Assembly: GCA_044892505.1 (NCBI GenBank)
Contig: CM097884.1
Location: 125,989,873 to 126,048,000, forward strand
Direction of reading: 5' to 3'
Length of the DNA stretch: 58,128 nucleotides
From: Schmidtea nova
Lineage: Eukaryota
The notes under the pieces were generated by a model. That model was not told where the DNA came from and searched no databases. It saw nothing but the letters and a program-made list of their open reading frames with translations. Made by a program: the position numbers and the translations under genes. Positions 13,691 through 26,560 of this stretch are shown in pieces; the first letter of the stretch is position 1; the number at the start of each line of letters is the position of its first letter.

Positions 13691-15899
13691 GACTTTTATG
13701 TTGAAATTAGCGTAGAAAAAAAGATTATTTAATTTAATAATACATTAATAATTCTATTACTAAATTAATGTCAATATTAAATTGGAATGTATGAGGCACT
13801 ACAGGTGGAAATATTTGATTATAAAATAAAATTGATAAATTGATTAGGATTATTTTATATTTGAAAATTATCACCTAATAAAACTTCTCAAAACTGCTTA
13901 TTTTGTTATTTATTAATTACAGTGAGGTATTGTTATTATTCAAAAATTTATACGCACTCGCAAGGNNNNNNNNNNNNNNNNNNNNNNNNNNNNNNNNNNN
14001 NNNNNNNNNNNNNNNNNNNNNNNNNNNNNNNNNNNNNNNNNNNNNNNNNNNNNNNNNNNNNNNNNNNNNNNNNNNNNNNNNNNNNNNNNNNNNNNNNNNN
14101 NNNNNNNNNNNNNNNNNNNNNNNNNNNNNNNNNNNNNNNNNNNNNNNNNNNNCGTTTATACAAAGAACATTTGTTTAAACAAATAAAACAATTTTAAAAA
14201 TAAGTTTTAAAAGATTTCTTAAAACATTATCATGCAGAGAACTAAAATCTCTACAATTTTGCTGTTGATGACTTGTTGAAAAGATAATTTCTTTGAGGCT
14301 AAAAACTCTCTAAAAACTCGCTTAATACTTTATTTTCCGATTAGACGGATGACCCCGCACCAAATTAAAATATTAAAATAGCTTACCGGTAGAGAATTAA
14401 CTTTTCTACAACATTTATATAAAAATATTTTTTAATCCGACACACCATTTGAGTATTAAAAGTCGGAAAGTTATTTTTGTCCGTGTATTTACGTATGTCA
14501 GACACGTATATTCAAAAATTTCATTCATACATATTTGTAGGGAAAAATATTTTGTATCAAAATTCCCAATTTTAAAATTTATTAAATGATTCCATATATG
14601 TGAAAAATGCGTTTGCTCTCGCGGGCTCACATCTTCCTAAAGTATATACAATTCAAAGTAAAAACCTTTGCTGAAAACTGTTCTTTTAAAAATTTCGATT
14701 TGGGCTGCATTTAATTGGAAAGAGTAATTATACTTGTCTATTTACATATCTTTTGTATCTATTTTCATAAACCTTTAATATTTAGAGTCAAGACATTAGA
14801 AATGAAAGATTCAATACCAAAGAAAATAATCAACTACTTCAAATTAAAAAGCACAAGGCGACGCCTTGACAGTCCACAGCGTAAGTTATTTATATATTTC
14901 TAACAAACTTGTTTAACATAAGTAACATCTCTTATTTTTACATTTGATCTTTTAGCTTCTATTTCAGAAATTTTCATTTTTTTAAAAAGACTTTCAATCA
15001 ATATTTTTTTTTAAGTTACACGAATTTTCGGCACAGCTTTTTTTAAGTGTGTATTTTAATCGGTATATTTTACTTAATCTTATATAGGAAATTTTAAATA
15101 TGTTGAGTTATTAATGAGAAGTCGGTTGGTATCTGACTCCGGTGTTCTTTCGTTCACAAAATAAATTAGACCCAACACAGTAATCTTTATTTTCAACAAT
15201 ATCACAACAATATAAATCACAGAAAGTTCCAATAGTGTCCGCACTCTTCTGCGTGAGGGCAGAACACCCAATTGGATATCTCCCTTTCTGGTACGCAAGA
15301 AGATCGAGTAAATTCAAGTTCTACCTTTGGTTTTCTTTAGCGTCTCCTCCAATCGCATCTACTAGTTTACACAATTCTATATTCCTAAAATTTATCTTCG
15401 ACCTCTCTGGCTTCGACAAATTGGTTTCGATCAATTGGCGAGTACTGCAATTTTGACTTGCCTTTTATAATGAATTTTGAGTGTCCCGGTCACACCTTAA
15501 TGGATCTGTCAATTTAAAAATTAATTTAGGAGTTGCCGCTAAATGAGTTTGCGGCTTCTTTCCCTGGGGTACCCTTCAATTTTTTTCATTAATTTTAATT
15601 ATCGATTTGTTGCTGCTCCGGGTTTCCCACATCGATCGGGTTTCCCATTAGCTCGGGGTTTCCATTAGCCCGGGTTTCCTATGGGTAATTAATTATTTTA
15701 ATTAATTTGTATTTTTTTAATATTTCTTACTGGGGATTAATAATTATTTTACATTAATTATATATTAATTATTATTTTCCAATTTTCGTATCTTTATCTA
15801 TTTGCACAAAGTTTTTGTGCTTTTTAACTTTGTATTTCAAGCCTGTTCAGGCAACCCCAACAAATATAATTTTATATTTTAACTTAATATTATATAATG

Positions 15900-17566
15900 A
15901 AAAGAGAATTTTTTAATTTAATTTAATTTGATATAATTCTAATTTAAACCTGATTTGAATGGTGATGGATGAATTGTGTTTTATGATGAAAGTATAAAAG
16001 CTAATCATTGTAAGAAATATTTTAATCGTTCTTGTAAAAGTTGGCATTTTGTTTCGTCAGTAGATATGGTCGTCTTATGTACTTTCTCTTAATGGTCTGA
16101 TAATTGCTGGTTTTGTTTTTAATGTGTCGACACTGAAGGTTCTATGAGTTTCTCGTATAAAAGTTGTGTCACATTTTAAGCAGGTCAGTCTATAAACCAT
16201 ATTTTTGTAAAAAGAAAAGGATATGGCGGACAGGCAAATCTTTGTTACTGATAATTTTTCTAATTTTTTTGGATGTAGTGATATTTAAAAAGGGAATCGT
16301 AAATATATTGGGTTAATCACTGTGTCTTTTATTGCTTTAGTGTTCATTCAAAGAATATTTAATTAAAAAGTTTTCGGGGTATCCATTCTGAAGCAATCTT
16401 ATTTTGAAATTTTCTTGAGTTTCTTTCATTTTGTTTTGGTCTGAACCATCTCTAATGGCTACTGTCTTTCACTTGTTGTTATCTCGCCTTAAATAATTAT
16501 TTATGATCTAAATATTTTTACTCGTCTATTGCGGTAGTGCTCGTTCAAAGAATATTTAGTTACCAATTTTTCGGGGTATCCATTCTGAGGCAAGTTTATC
16601 TTAAATTTTTCTAGTGTTTCTTTTATTTTATTTTGGCCTGAACAGTCTCTAATGACTCGTCTTTTTCCTGTTACTAATGAAATTTTTTGCAGTGAATTAA
16701 AACGTGTTTTTTTCTTACGGGATAATTTGATCCCTGTAAATTCTTAGAATATAGATGAATCGAGGCAGTATTTGAGCCTTTAGTAAAACTTACTATAGTG
16801 TCAAGAAATGGGATTTTACCATATGAGCTGTTTAAATCAAAATTGAATTATATATTGGTGTTAGTGAAATATGCAGGTGATTAGATGATCTACATAATAA
16901 GTGAGGAGACTATGAAAGATTTTTCGAAGCAAAAAAGAAAAAAAACCTTAATCTTAAAACTCTCTAAAGATTATAGAAAAATGGCTAACATGAGAGAAAG
17001 GTTATTGTTCATGGTTAATCCACGTTTTTGTTTAAGTGGTTTTCCTTTAATTATGACAGTGTCAGAATTTATTGCTAATTTGAGGAATTCTATAAATTTT
17101 GGTTTAGTTAAATCAGTGAAGTAACTTTTGATTTTATAAGTTTTAAGGAAATAATCGGCAATACCGCTAAGTAGGATAGAACCGTAAAATTCGGAGACAC
17201 CAAGAGATCCACAAAAAGCCGCAGAAGGTAATTTTCCCATTTCTTGACACCATTGTAAGTTTCTCTAAAGGTCCATAAACACTGACTACCATAATCAATC
17301 TATATCCTAGGAATTTACAGTGATCAAATTATACCATAAAAAAACACGTTTTAATTCACCGCAAAATTACACTATTAACAGGAAAAAGAAGAGTCATCAG
17401 AGACTGTTCAGATCAAAATAAAATGAAAGAAACTAGAAAAATTTAAGATAACCTTGCCTTAGTATGGATACTCCGGAAAACTTGTAACTAAATATTCTTT
17501 GAACGAGCACTGTCACAATAAACGAGTAAAAATGCTTGTCATACATAATTATTTAAGGCGAGATAA
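15900..17566 (-). mobile_element. Decayed Penelope-like retroelement: RT fragment between long inverted repeats, with a possible endonuclease remnant downstream
   Basis: FLKLAINSDTVIIKGKPLKQKRGLTMNNNLSLMLAIFL resembles PLE RT motif B (Q..GL.MGS.LSP.LA.IFM), followed by YYVDH (decayed YVDD). Inverted arms 16479-16820 and 17227-17566. QLLQERLKYFL at ~16020-16055. Confidence 0.55.
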
Positions 17567-17842
17567 TAATAATACTAATTTAGTAGCATTCTTTATTATA
17601 ATTTTAAATCAAATGCTTTTAACCTAACATGTTTACTGATTTGTCTGTTAATTACAATTTTAAACAAGCATAATCATGAAATTATTTAAATCTCTGCTTT
17701 ATAAAATTGAATGCCAATTTGTGATTTCAAATAATATGCCATATTTCTATGAATTTTAATCCAACCGTGTAACGGCATTACATAACTCGGACATTCGACC
17801 AATAAAATGAGAGATTAAGAAAAATTAAGCATAACTTTAATA

Positions 17843-18239
17843 CAGGCATGTCAAACTCGCGGCCCTCCGCAATATTTTTCGCGACCCGCAACAGCTTTTT
17901 TCACAGATAAAAATTACTAAAACTAAGCAGCGAACCAGATTGACTGAAGAACATTTAGGTTCGATATTAAAAATTAAATCTAACCAAAGTCTAATACCAA
18001 ATTTTGAAGATTGAAAAATGAGAAGCGGTTCATTATATCAATCAAAAAATAATTTATATTCTTTATTATTAATAAATCTCTTTCTATAATTTTTTTGTTT
18101 TCTTTATGGTATTTATATTCAATTAACACTCAAAATTTGAATTTTTAACAAAACTAAGTAGGTGCAGCCGACAAAATGGATTTGGAATACAATTTTCGAA
18201 GAATTAGGCCCGTATACCGAAATGAGTTTGACATGCCTG
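17843..18239 (+). mobile_element. Non-autonomous hAT (Charlie/SPIN-like) element, 397 bp
   Basis: Perfect 16-bp TIR CAGGCATGTCAAACTC and GAGTTTGACATGCCTG; internal KTKQRTRLTEEHLGSILKI (transposase C-terminus); TSD degraded (CTTTAATA vs CTAAAATG). Confidence 0.85.
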
Positions 18240-20163
18240 CTAAAATGTATACACATACACAAATATAAAATTTATAATCGACATATTTCTCGTATTTTTG
18301 TAATCAAATGATTTCTGATGTATATTTGACATGGTTGTAATCTGTAAACCGCACCTGTTTGTTTACTTTGTTTCTTGTGTGTAAAATGTTTGTAATCTCA
18401 GGTGTATCAATTTTACAACTATTATTTACCTATTTTATCTGAGTGTGGCCATATAACAACGTGGAAAGTACACATATAAACTGACAATAGCCACGTAACT
18501 AACACCTTTGAATAGGTGAGAATTAGTTGATTAAATAAGTAGAGATTGTTTACCATTTTATCATGCATAATATGTACTAAAGAAATTAATATATAGAAAT
18601 TTTTTTGTAAATTTTTTGTAAATATATCGTAAATCTGCTGAAAAATATATATAAAGCACCAAGAAGCTTCAATGAATAAGTTATTTATTTTCTAAAAATA
18701 CAATAGTATTTAGTTCACATAACAACATCGACGAACATAAATAAGAAATTAGGTAAGCTACGGGCAAGTCATGAACAGTAACATATTTGTATCGAAATGC
18801 AAGATATTATTTACCAGTAATTATTCACAAAAAAATAACAAATGTGAGCATTGAATCAAGACTGTCGCAGTCTGCTGTCAGATAATTATCACAAATATAA
18901 CAAAATATACATGCAGAGTTTCTAAGGACTGTTTGATAAAATCATTTTAACAATTTTGTCGTCTATAATTATTTCAACCTTTAGGTTTGATCACAGCTGT
19001 CCCAACGAGGGGGCTAACTGTGCCATAGCACATGGGCACCAAATAATTAAAAAACAATAACGAAATTTTTTAAGGTTACATGAAATTATTATTTCATTAA
19101 TACAGGTAAATATATGGTAAAACTCTTACATATAAAGGTATAATGCAATATCAATTTTTTAAGGGGTGCCACAAAATAATTAGCACAGGGCTGCCAAATA
19201 TGTTGAGATGGCTATGTGTGTCGATGGTAAAACATTATATTTTCTTACTAAAACCTTGATTATATAATAAGAATTACTTAGTGAAACTGTAATAAATTGT
19301 AATTCTATGTTGACTTGTATAACAGACTGTATTTTGAAATACTTATATATTCGCTAATATATGCGCTGCCAAAAAGTGAGATTTTAACCCCCCCCCCCTT
19401 CCATGTCTAATGTTAAAAAATGGTTTAAAAAAGTCAACAAAAACAAGTAAAATATACAGGAAATTTTATATATTTGTTATAACTAAATAACATAAGCATT
19501 GTAACGTATAACAGAATGGGTTATGGTGTGTTTTTAGCACGTAATGAAGTGTGAGTTTACTGAATATGTTAACTAAATTTTTTATAAATTATTTTTGAAA
19601 TATTTATAATTGGTTAATTTTTTTTATTTGCCCTTTTATCGTAGAATAAACTTTCAAAATATTTTCAAAAACAGTATATTTTTCTTTTGTCTTAATTTTA
19701 TACATTAAACTATTTTGCGCGAATAAATAAGGTCATATTTATAAAGTAAATTAAAATCTTCAAATTTTATTACTTTTTTTCAAAAAATATATAGAAAGTT
19801 TGGGATGAGTGAACTCGGGATGCCGGTCAAAGAGGTTAAGGTAGGTATTAAAATCTTTAATTATAAAACAAATGATGTAAGCATTATTTATTAACAAATA
19901 TGGTGTCATGGAGTAGTTACATTGTGACTTAGACAATTATAGTGACAAACTGAATTCACTAAACTACATTTTAAAGATATATTTAATTATTCCACGCAAT
20001 ATTAGTGTATGTCCTTTGAAGATTAACTAATTAATTAAATTACAATTCCATTATAAATCATATTATTTATATTAATTAAATTGAATGATGATTTGGTTTT
20101 GTTAAAATTAAATAAATAATTTTTTTAAAATATTTTAAAAATTTATTAATAATTAAAATTTTT

Positions 20164-21170
20164 AAAAACAAACGCCAATCCAAATATATATTCTGCACAA
20201 TATATTTCGAGAACTTCATTCTCATCATTAGGGGCTATTCAATCTTTAATTCGAATATAAATCAAATTAATTGATTTTCAAAGAAATTCATCATAGTTTT
20301 TAAATAAAATGCATATTATAATTTTATAAAATAGCCAAAAAAATTAAAGCGATAAAATTATTTTTTTATTTAAATAAATTAATCTTAAAAAATATTATAT
20401 TCTCTTTTTATATTAAAAACATTTTTTTAAGAATATTTTATAAATATTCTCATATTTATAAACAACACATGACTGAAAACAAAGCCCGTAACACTTGAGT
20501 ACAGAAAAGACGTCAGTCTTTTCCAAAGTATGTGGCATTTCGCCCATGACTTTTGAAAAATTAAACGAGTATAGAATACAGATCAAAAGAAAAAAATAAG
20601 AATCGTCAACAATCACATCAGTTAATTTACTTAAATCGCAAAATTCTCACACTCTCATATTCACGAACATCGATATGATTGGAAACAACGCTAAATCCCA
20701 TTAATTGACTATGCTCTGAAACTCGAATACAGAGAAGACGGGCAGTATTTTCTAAGGTATGTGGCATGAGAAATGCCACATACTTTGGAAAATACTGACC
20801 GTTTTTTGTACTTGAGTTTTAGAGAATTTTCAATTAATGATTATGGGCTTCGTTTTTAGTCATAATGCTGTTTAAAAATATGAGAATGTTTATAAAATAT
20901 TCATTAAGAAAATATTTTTTATAAAAAAAGTGAATATTATATTTTTAAAGATTAATTTATTTAAATGAAAAAATAATTTTATCGCTTTAATTTTTTTGGC
21001 TATTTTATAAAATTATAATATGCATTTTATTTAAAAATTATGATGAATTTATTTGAAAATCAATTAATTTGACTTATATTCGAATGTAAGATCGAATAGC
21101 ACCTGGTGATGAGAAGGAGTCTCTCGAAATATATTGTACAGAATATATATTTGGAGTGGCGTTTGTTTTT
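20164..21170. repeat. ~1-kb imperfect palindrome (foldback-like) with an internal 25-bp hairpin
   Basis: Arm 20164-20541 is the reverse complement of 20770-21170. Hairpin 20743-20797 has a 25-bp stem with 2 mismatches and a GAGAA loop. Confidence 0.85.
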
Positions 21171-21855
21171 AATTATTTTAATACCATGTTCGTTGTGTTA
21201 TATATTAAAATTTTGTTAATAATTTTAAAATTAATTTCTAGATTGACTTTTGGTAAATAAAAAATATTATATTTAAAATTTTTCTAAAATTATTTTATGA
21301 TTTCTATCGATAAATTGAATTTAACATCAATTTTGGATACCAAAAGATGGTAAAGAGTTTGTCTAAATATATAGTTCGAATGTTATGAGTGGTGTTTTTC
21401 ATTGATTAATAATTTAATAATTGTTTAATAATTTTTTTAATTGTTTGTAATATCAAATAAAAATCATAATTTTCCTTTATATCGATAAAATTATTATTGT
21501 TCCACCATTTTATTATATGAAGAAATCAATCAATAGAAAAATATTTAATTAAATTTTCATAAAAAATAACTAAATGAAAAGAAATTGTGCTCGATCAGTA
21601 ATTAAATTTAGGTTTAATTTAAATTAAATTAATTAGTTTGTACATCACAAAAAATTCATAACTGAATTTTCCTTATTAAGTTGATCGAATTGTGATCATG
21701 CGTAATATTTTATAATCATATTATAATTTAATATATGTTTATTATCATCGCATTTGAAAAACGATATATTAATTATTATAATGATATAAGAGATCGGTAA
21801 ATGACTGCGAAATAAGAGTATAATAATAAATAATATCATAATCCACTTAAAATCG

Positions 21856-21880
21856 TATATATATATATATATATATATAT
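21856..21880. repeat. (TA)n microsatellite
   Basis: Uninterrupted TA run. Confidence 0.95.
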
Positions 21881-23008
21881 TTCATCCATTATTGTGACCT
21901 TGAATTCTAACTATTTTCCTTGATACAAGTTTTGCATGCCGAAGAAATTTTTCAATTCCAAAAAGAATACCTTGACATCACTATTTGGAAGCCATTGGTG
22001 TAGTTCTTTAATAAAACTCTGAAATCCTGGTGTAATTGGCTTATTATTATATCATACCATATTTGACCTTATTACATCATACATGACATTTGACTGTTGT
22101 TACATCACACGTGACCTTTGACCACAGTTAACCTTTGGCGCTTGTGTCACCTTGACACGGTGATATGCGTACTCACTTATTCACACGCGTTCTAACTTGC
22201 GTACACATGGTAATTCATTTTCATTATCACCACTTGCTTACTAACCCACTCCCAATGTAACTCACATGTACTTATTTATTTAATAAAATACTTTTCTAAC
22301 ATCCAAACAAAACACTATCTAAATTACTTCCAAATTGCATAATCTAGAAGAGAATACAGTTAGTTTATTTTATTGATACAGAACATTCACACATATGTAT
22401 ACTTAAAGCATACAATTACAGGCATTAAATAAATTAATAAATAAGTAACAAAAAAGCTTTAGCTGCCAAAATAATTTTATAATCGAAAATTTTCTCACTT
22501 AATAAAGTTGTTTATGCAGCAAAGGCTTATTTTGTTACTAATTTATTAATTTATTTAATATTTAACGTTTATTAGTGAATACATAATCACATGTATAAAT
22601 TACAATAAAACTGTTATTAATCCTAAAAAATAAGTTAAAACTCTCATGATGCACATAGATATTGCATTTTTCAAATTTATTTTCGAATTAAATGATTTTA
22701 TCATCAAAACTTCACAATTTATACATTCATAATAATTTTAAAACCCCTGGACAATATTTTAAAATATCAATGCTATTTTTGCATGGTTTATTATGCTCAG
22801 TAATATTACTCTTCGTTTTTTTTCACGTGCATCTGAACGGTAAAACTAACAAAGAGACTTTTATTTATTTCATTACATTTATTATTATTATCAACGTCAT
22901 CATTCATCCTAATTAGAACATCATAGGTTTTAATCAAAGGAAAAGAAAGAGTGAAGAGTAATATAATACAAAAGAGCTGTAGGAATACTAAAAGCCAATT
23001 CGATTTAT

Positions 23009-23584
23009 TTAATATATATATTGAGTATTAATAGATAATTCAATTTTTAGTAGAAGGGAATCTGGACCAATGATATCGAGAGTTGATCTGTACAAACTCT
23101 GTGACTGTCTGTATAGATTGATTTCCTGTGCAGATAAATGATGCATTGAAATGGACTGACTGTGATCCAGAGAATTGATTGATAACGTTGTAAAGTTAGG
23201 CATCTCATATGGGTCCGAATTGAGGTTCATGAGAAGTCCCTTGATTGATAAACATATCTCTGTATGTACAGGTTCTTTTCGCTTTTCGACATTGAAACAT
23301 TTTCGCAATTTAGAGAACTGACAATTGCTTCTTCTTTGAATGTCAAATAAACAATAAAAACTTATGCATTCATGATGTTGAACACGGCATTTGTTTCTAT
23401 AAACTTTGCAGTCGGGTTCAGATTTTAGTTTTGACGTTTCAACATTGATATTGTTGTTGTTCAGTAAAAATGAGTAATTGTGTAGATCTTGGATAAAATG
23501 TTGTGAATTCTCAATCATGAAAAATCGGTCGATGTAAATTGAGCTGTTGACTGAAGACATCGAATCATTTGAAGTTGCTTGCAT
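23009..23584 (-). CDS. Orphan 191-aa protein with a degenerate nuclear-receptor DNA-binding-domain-like segment
   Basis: Longest gap-free ORF of the left half outside TEs, ATG in an A-rich context. DCKVYRNKCRVQHHECISFYCLFDIQRRSNCQFSKLRKCFNVEKRKEPVHTE parallels C-K-x-F-F...C..C..D..RR..CQ.CRL.KC...GM.KE.V. Confidence 0.45.
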   Translation of the reverse strand: MQATSNDSMSSVNSSIYIDRFFMIENSQHFIQDLHNYSFLLNNNNINVETSKLKSEPDCKVYRNKCRVQHHECISFYCLFDIQRRSNCQFSKLRKCFNVEKRKEPVHTEICLSIKGLLMNLNSDPYEMPNFTTLSINSLDHSQSISMHHLSAQEINLYRQSQSLYRSTLDIIGPDSLLLKIELSINTQYIY

Positions 23585-25139
23585 TTTGTTTGTGTGATAA
23601 GCGTGAATATGAAATATGTGAATATTAAAACAACGTCTATTAATTTTTTTGCTCCATTTAATAATTACTTAAATTAAATTAATTAATTTAAAAAATAAAA
23701 GAACTTTATAAAATTGAATATTTAATCTAAGGCACTACAAGAGCATAATACAAATGCAAAAAAGGCATTGATATTTCCAATTTTAAAATATTATCTAAGG
23801 ATTTTAAAACTATTATGAATGTATAAATTGTTAGGTTTTGAAGATAAAATCATTTAATTCTAAAATAAATATACAAAATGCAATATATATGTGCATTTTG
23901 AGATTTTTATCTAATTTTACTTGGATAAATAATAGTTTTTTGGATTTTGCACATGTAATTATGAGGTCACTAATAAACTTATAAAACTTATAAATTTCTG
24001 TTATTGAATTAATTTATTGTCAAAAGATGACACAGTTGTGTTGTCGAAATATGTTGCAAAAATATATGTTAACAAATAGTATTCATTTATTAATTTTTTT
24101 ATTACTCAATATTTTGAAGTAATTAATAACAATAAAAAATTTTTATTATTAATTATTATTATCCTTTAAAATAAAAATAATTCAACATTTATTGTTTGTA
24201 AGTAGCGAAGTATTATTAAAATTTAATAAAGATATAATTCCTGATCTATGAGAGCTATAATCTTAATGTTGTTCGTAAATTATGTGACTTTTTCATGAGT
24301 TACAATTAGTAAGTACTNNNNNNNNNNNNNNNNNNNNNNNNNNNNNNNNNNNNNNNNNNNNNNNNNNNNNNNNNNNNNNNNNNNNNNNNNNNNNNNNNNN
24401 NNNNNNNNNNNNNNNNNNNNNNNNNNNNNNNNNNNNNNNNNNNNNNNATATTATTTATAATGTAACATGTACTTTTGTATTGTTATTTAATTGCAATAAT
24501 TTATATTCATAAATTTATTAATTTTATTTCTTTTAGAATTGGTATCAATCGAAGAAAATAAAAAATTATCTGTAAGTTATGTTTAAATAAACGAATTTAA
24601 AGACGATTATATAAATGTATAAAACAATGAAGTCAGTAGATAGGTGTGAGCCCTTAAAAGAAAGAAAATTATTTAAAAAGACTCCCTGTCAATATCTAAT
24701 AATGAAAGGGGATGTGAACTTTAAAATATTGTAAAGAATTTAAGAACAATATATTTAAGTAACTTTAGTGTATTTTACTTTAATCTGTAATTTTATGTTT
24801 ACCAGCTTCATTGAGTTACATTGAAAATATCATAGGGTACCTCATTTTATTCGTTTTTTGTATTTGAAGGAAAAACAGTCAAGATGAAATTCAAAATGTA
24901 ACTCAATGCTGTTAATGGTGAAGAAATTCCTTCATTGGCTACAGTGAAACACTAGTTCAACGAATATAAATCCGAAAGAACCCTTAGGGTAGATCTGGAA
25001 AAGTAAGAAAAACTGGATGTCAAAACAATTTTCTCTGAGAAAGCACTGTAAAAATTTGCTTTCTTTTCTGGATACATCTTTTTCGGAATCTTTTTTTGAA
25101 TCTTCTTGGTTTCCATAGTCTTTATGGAGATGACATATT

Positions 25140-25310
25140 TCTAAATATTTATAATCCTCCTAACAATTAATGTTTCAATGGCTACCTGTGAGGTATCCTT
25201 CAGCAAAATGAAGTTCGATTTGTTTTGTTTGTATATTTTAATGTTACAAAGTTGTCTCAGTGATCTGGATTTTCTTAGCGTTGAAAGAGAAACATTGGAA
25301 AAATAAATGT
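25140..25310 (+). pseudogene. hAT dimerisation-domain remnant
   Basis: FIILLTINVSMATCEVSFSKMK ... LSDLDFLSVERETLEK. Confidence 0.6.
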
Positions 25311-26039
25311 TTACAGTAATTTATCATTTTACGACAGTTTAATCAAGAAAAATTACTAATATTTTTAGTTTTTTCAAAATGATTTTATGTCTGCTTTTGT
25401 CCCTAAAACTACTTCACGCATTCCACTGCCCGACAGTATTGAGTTCCTTTAACATTTCGGTTATACTTGGAGATCATCAGCTGTATAGCAATACCGTTAC
25501 GTCTTATATGAATCCCAGAATCTCATTTTGTAGATTTCCAAGAAGTTACAAGACTTTTAATCTAAATATTGTTTCTTTAAAATTTACATTGCAAGTAAAA
25601 TACGAAAAAGACTTCAGGTTTATAGTGCATCCCCCCCGAGTTTATATTAACTACATCTCTGCGTTTAGGGCACTGTAGCTATGAAACCCATTCAAAAACA
25701 ACAACTTATTTATTATAATTTTGTATCATTATAAAAAGAAAGACTGTTAATTGAATTCTTTATTCAATTAAAACAATTCAGGTCAAGAGGCAAACAATAA
25801 AATTTCATCATTATCTTGCAAGGTGCCATTTAATCGCAGGTTGTAAAGAGAAACATTAATTTAATAATATTATTAAGAATACGCATGAGTTTGATAAGTA
25901 CAGACACTGACATGAACATCCAGGCTCGATTTGAGCCCTTGCAAAAAATAATATCATTTTTTCATTTTGCGTGTTTGATTCAATTTGCATCGACATTTAA
26001 AAAATATTTTATTAAAAAATAAACATAGCTAAGAAATTA

Positions 26040-26560
26040 TATGGATTGCAATGGAACACATCTTTAGTGTGTGTAAAGAAAAAGATTAAAACTATGTATG
26101 AATTTGTCCAGATTTTAGAGCGCTAAACAGTATCAGAGAATGATCAATATTTCCAATCCTGAATATAAATGAATTATTAGATACATTGGAAAGGCAAAGT
26201 ATTTCAGAACAATTGATTTAGTGAATAGTATTACGAAGTGGAGCTCGATGAAGAATCAAGACTGAATACAGCATTATCTATCTAAAATAGATAATATTAA
26301 TTTATTTTAGATGCCATTTGTAATAGCAGCAGCTCCCGCAACTTTTCAAAAATAAATGAACATGGTATTTAAAGTAGAAGACATAGTGTTAGTAAAAAGA
26401 AATAATAGCAACAAAGACGATGATAGATATTTTGGATATACTGAAGTGATAAAACAAATTCCGAGAAAATCTATGAAGTAGAACTTGATAATGAAAAAAG
26501 GTTTATACGAAATAAAGAGTGGCTAAAGCCTTTTAAAAAGGGGAATGTAAGAATAATTAA
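26040..26560 (+). pseudogene. Internally deleted Ty3/gypsy remnant (RT 5' part joined to integrase end, PPT, start of 3' LTR)
   Basis: QWNTSLVCVKK, DFRALN, KYFRTIDLVNS, MPFVIAAAPATFQK; then DNEKRFIRNKEWLKPF, the purine run AAAAAGGGGAA (26535-26545) and TGTAAG at 26546. Confidence 0.75.

Noticed and set aside
15619-15682. Four GGGTTTCC units resembling kB sites
   Set aside because: They do not fit the 10-bp kB consensus well, and they lie in decayed TE-like sequence with no linked gene.
18992-19216. Possible hAT-like MITE with GC-rich subtermini
   Set aside because: TIR match is only ~11/15 and there is no TSD.
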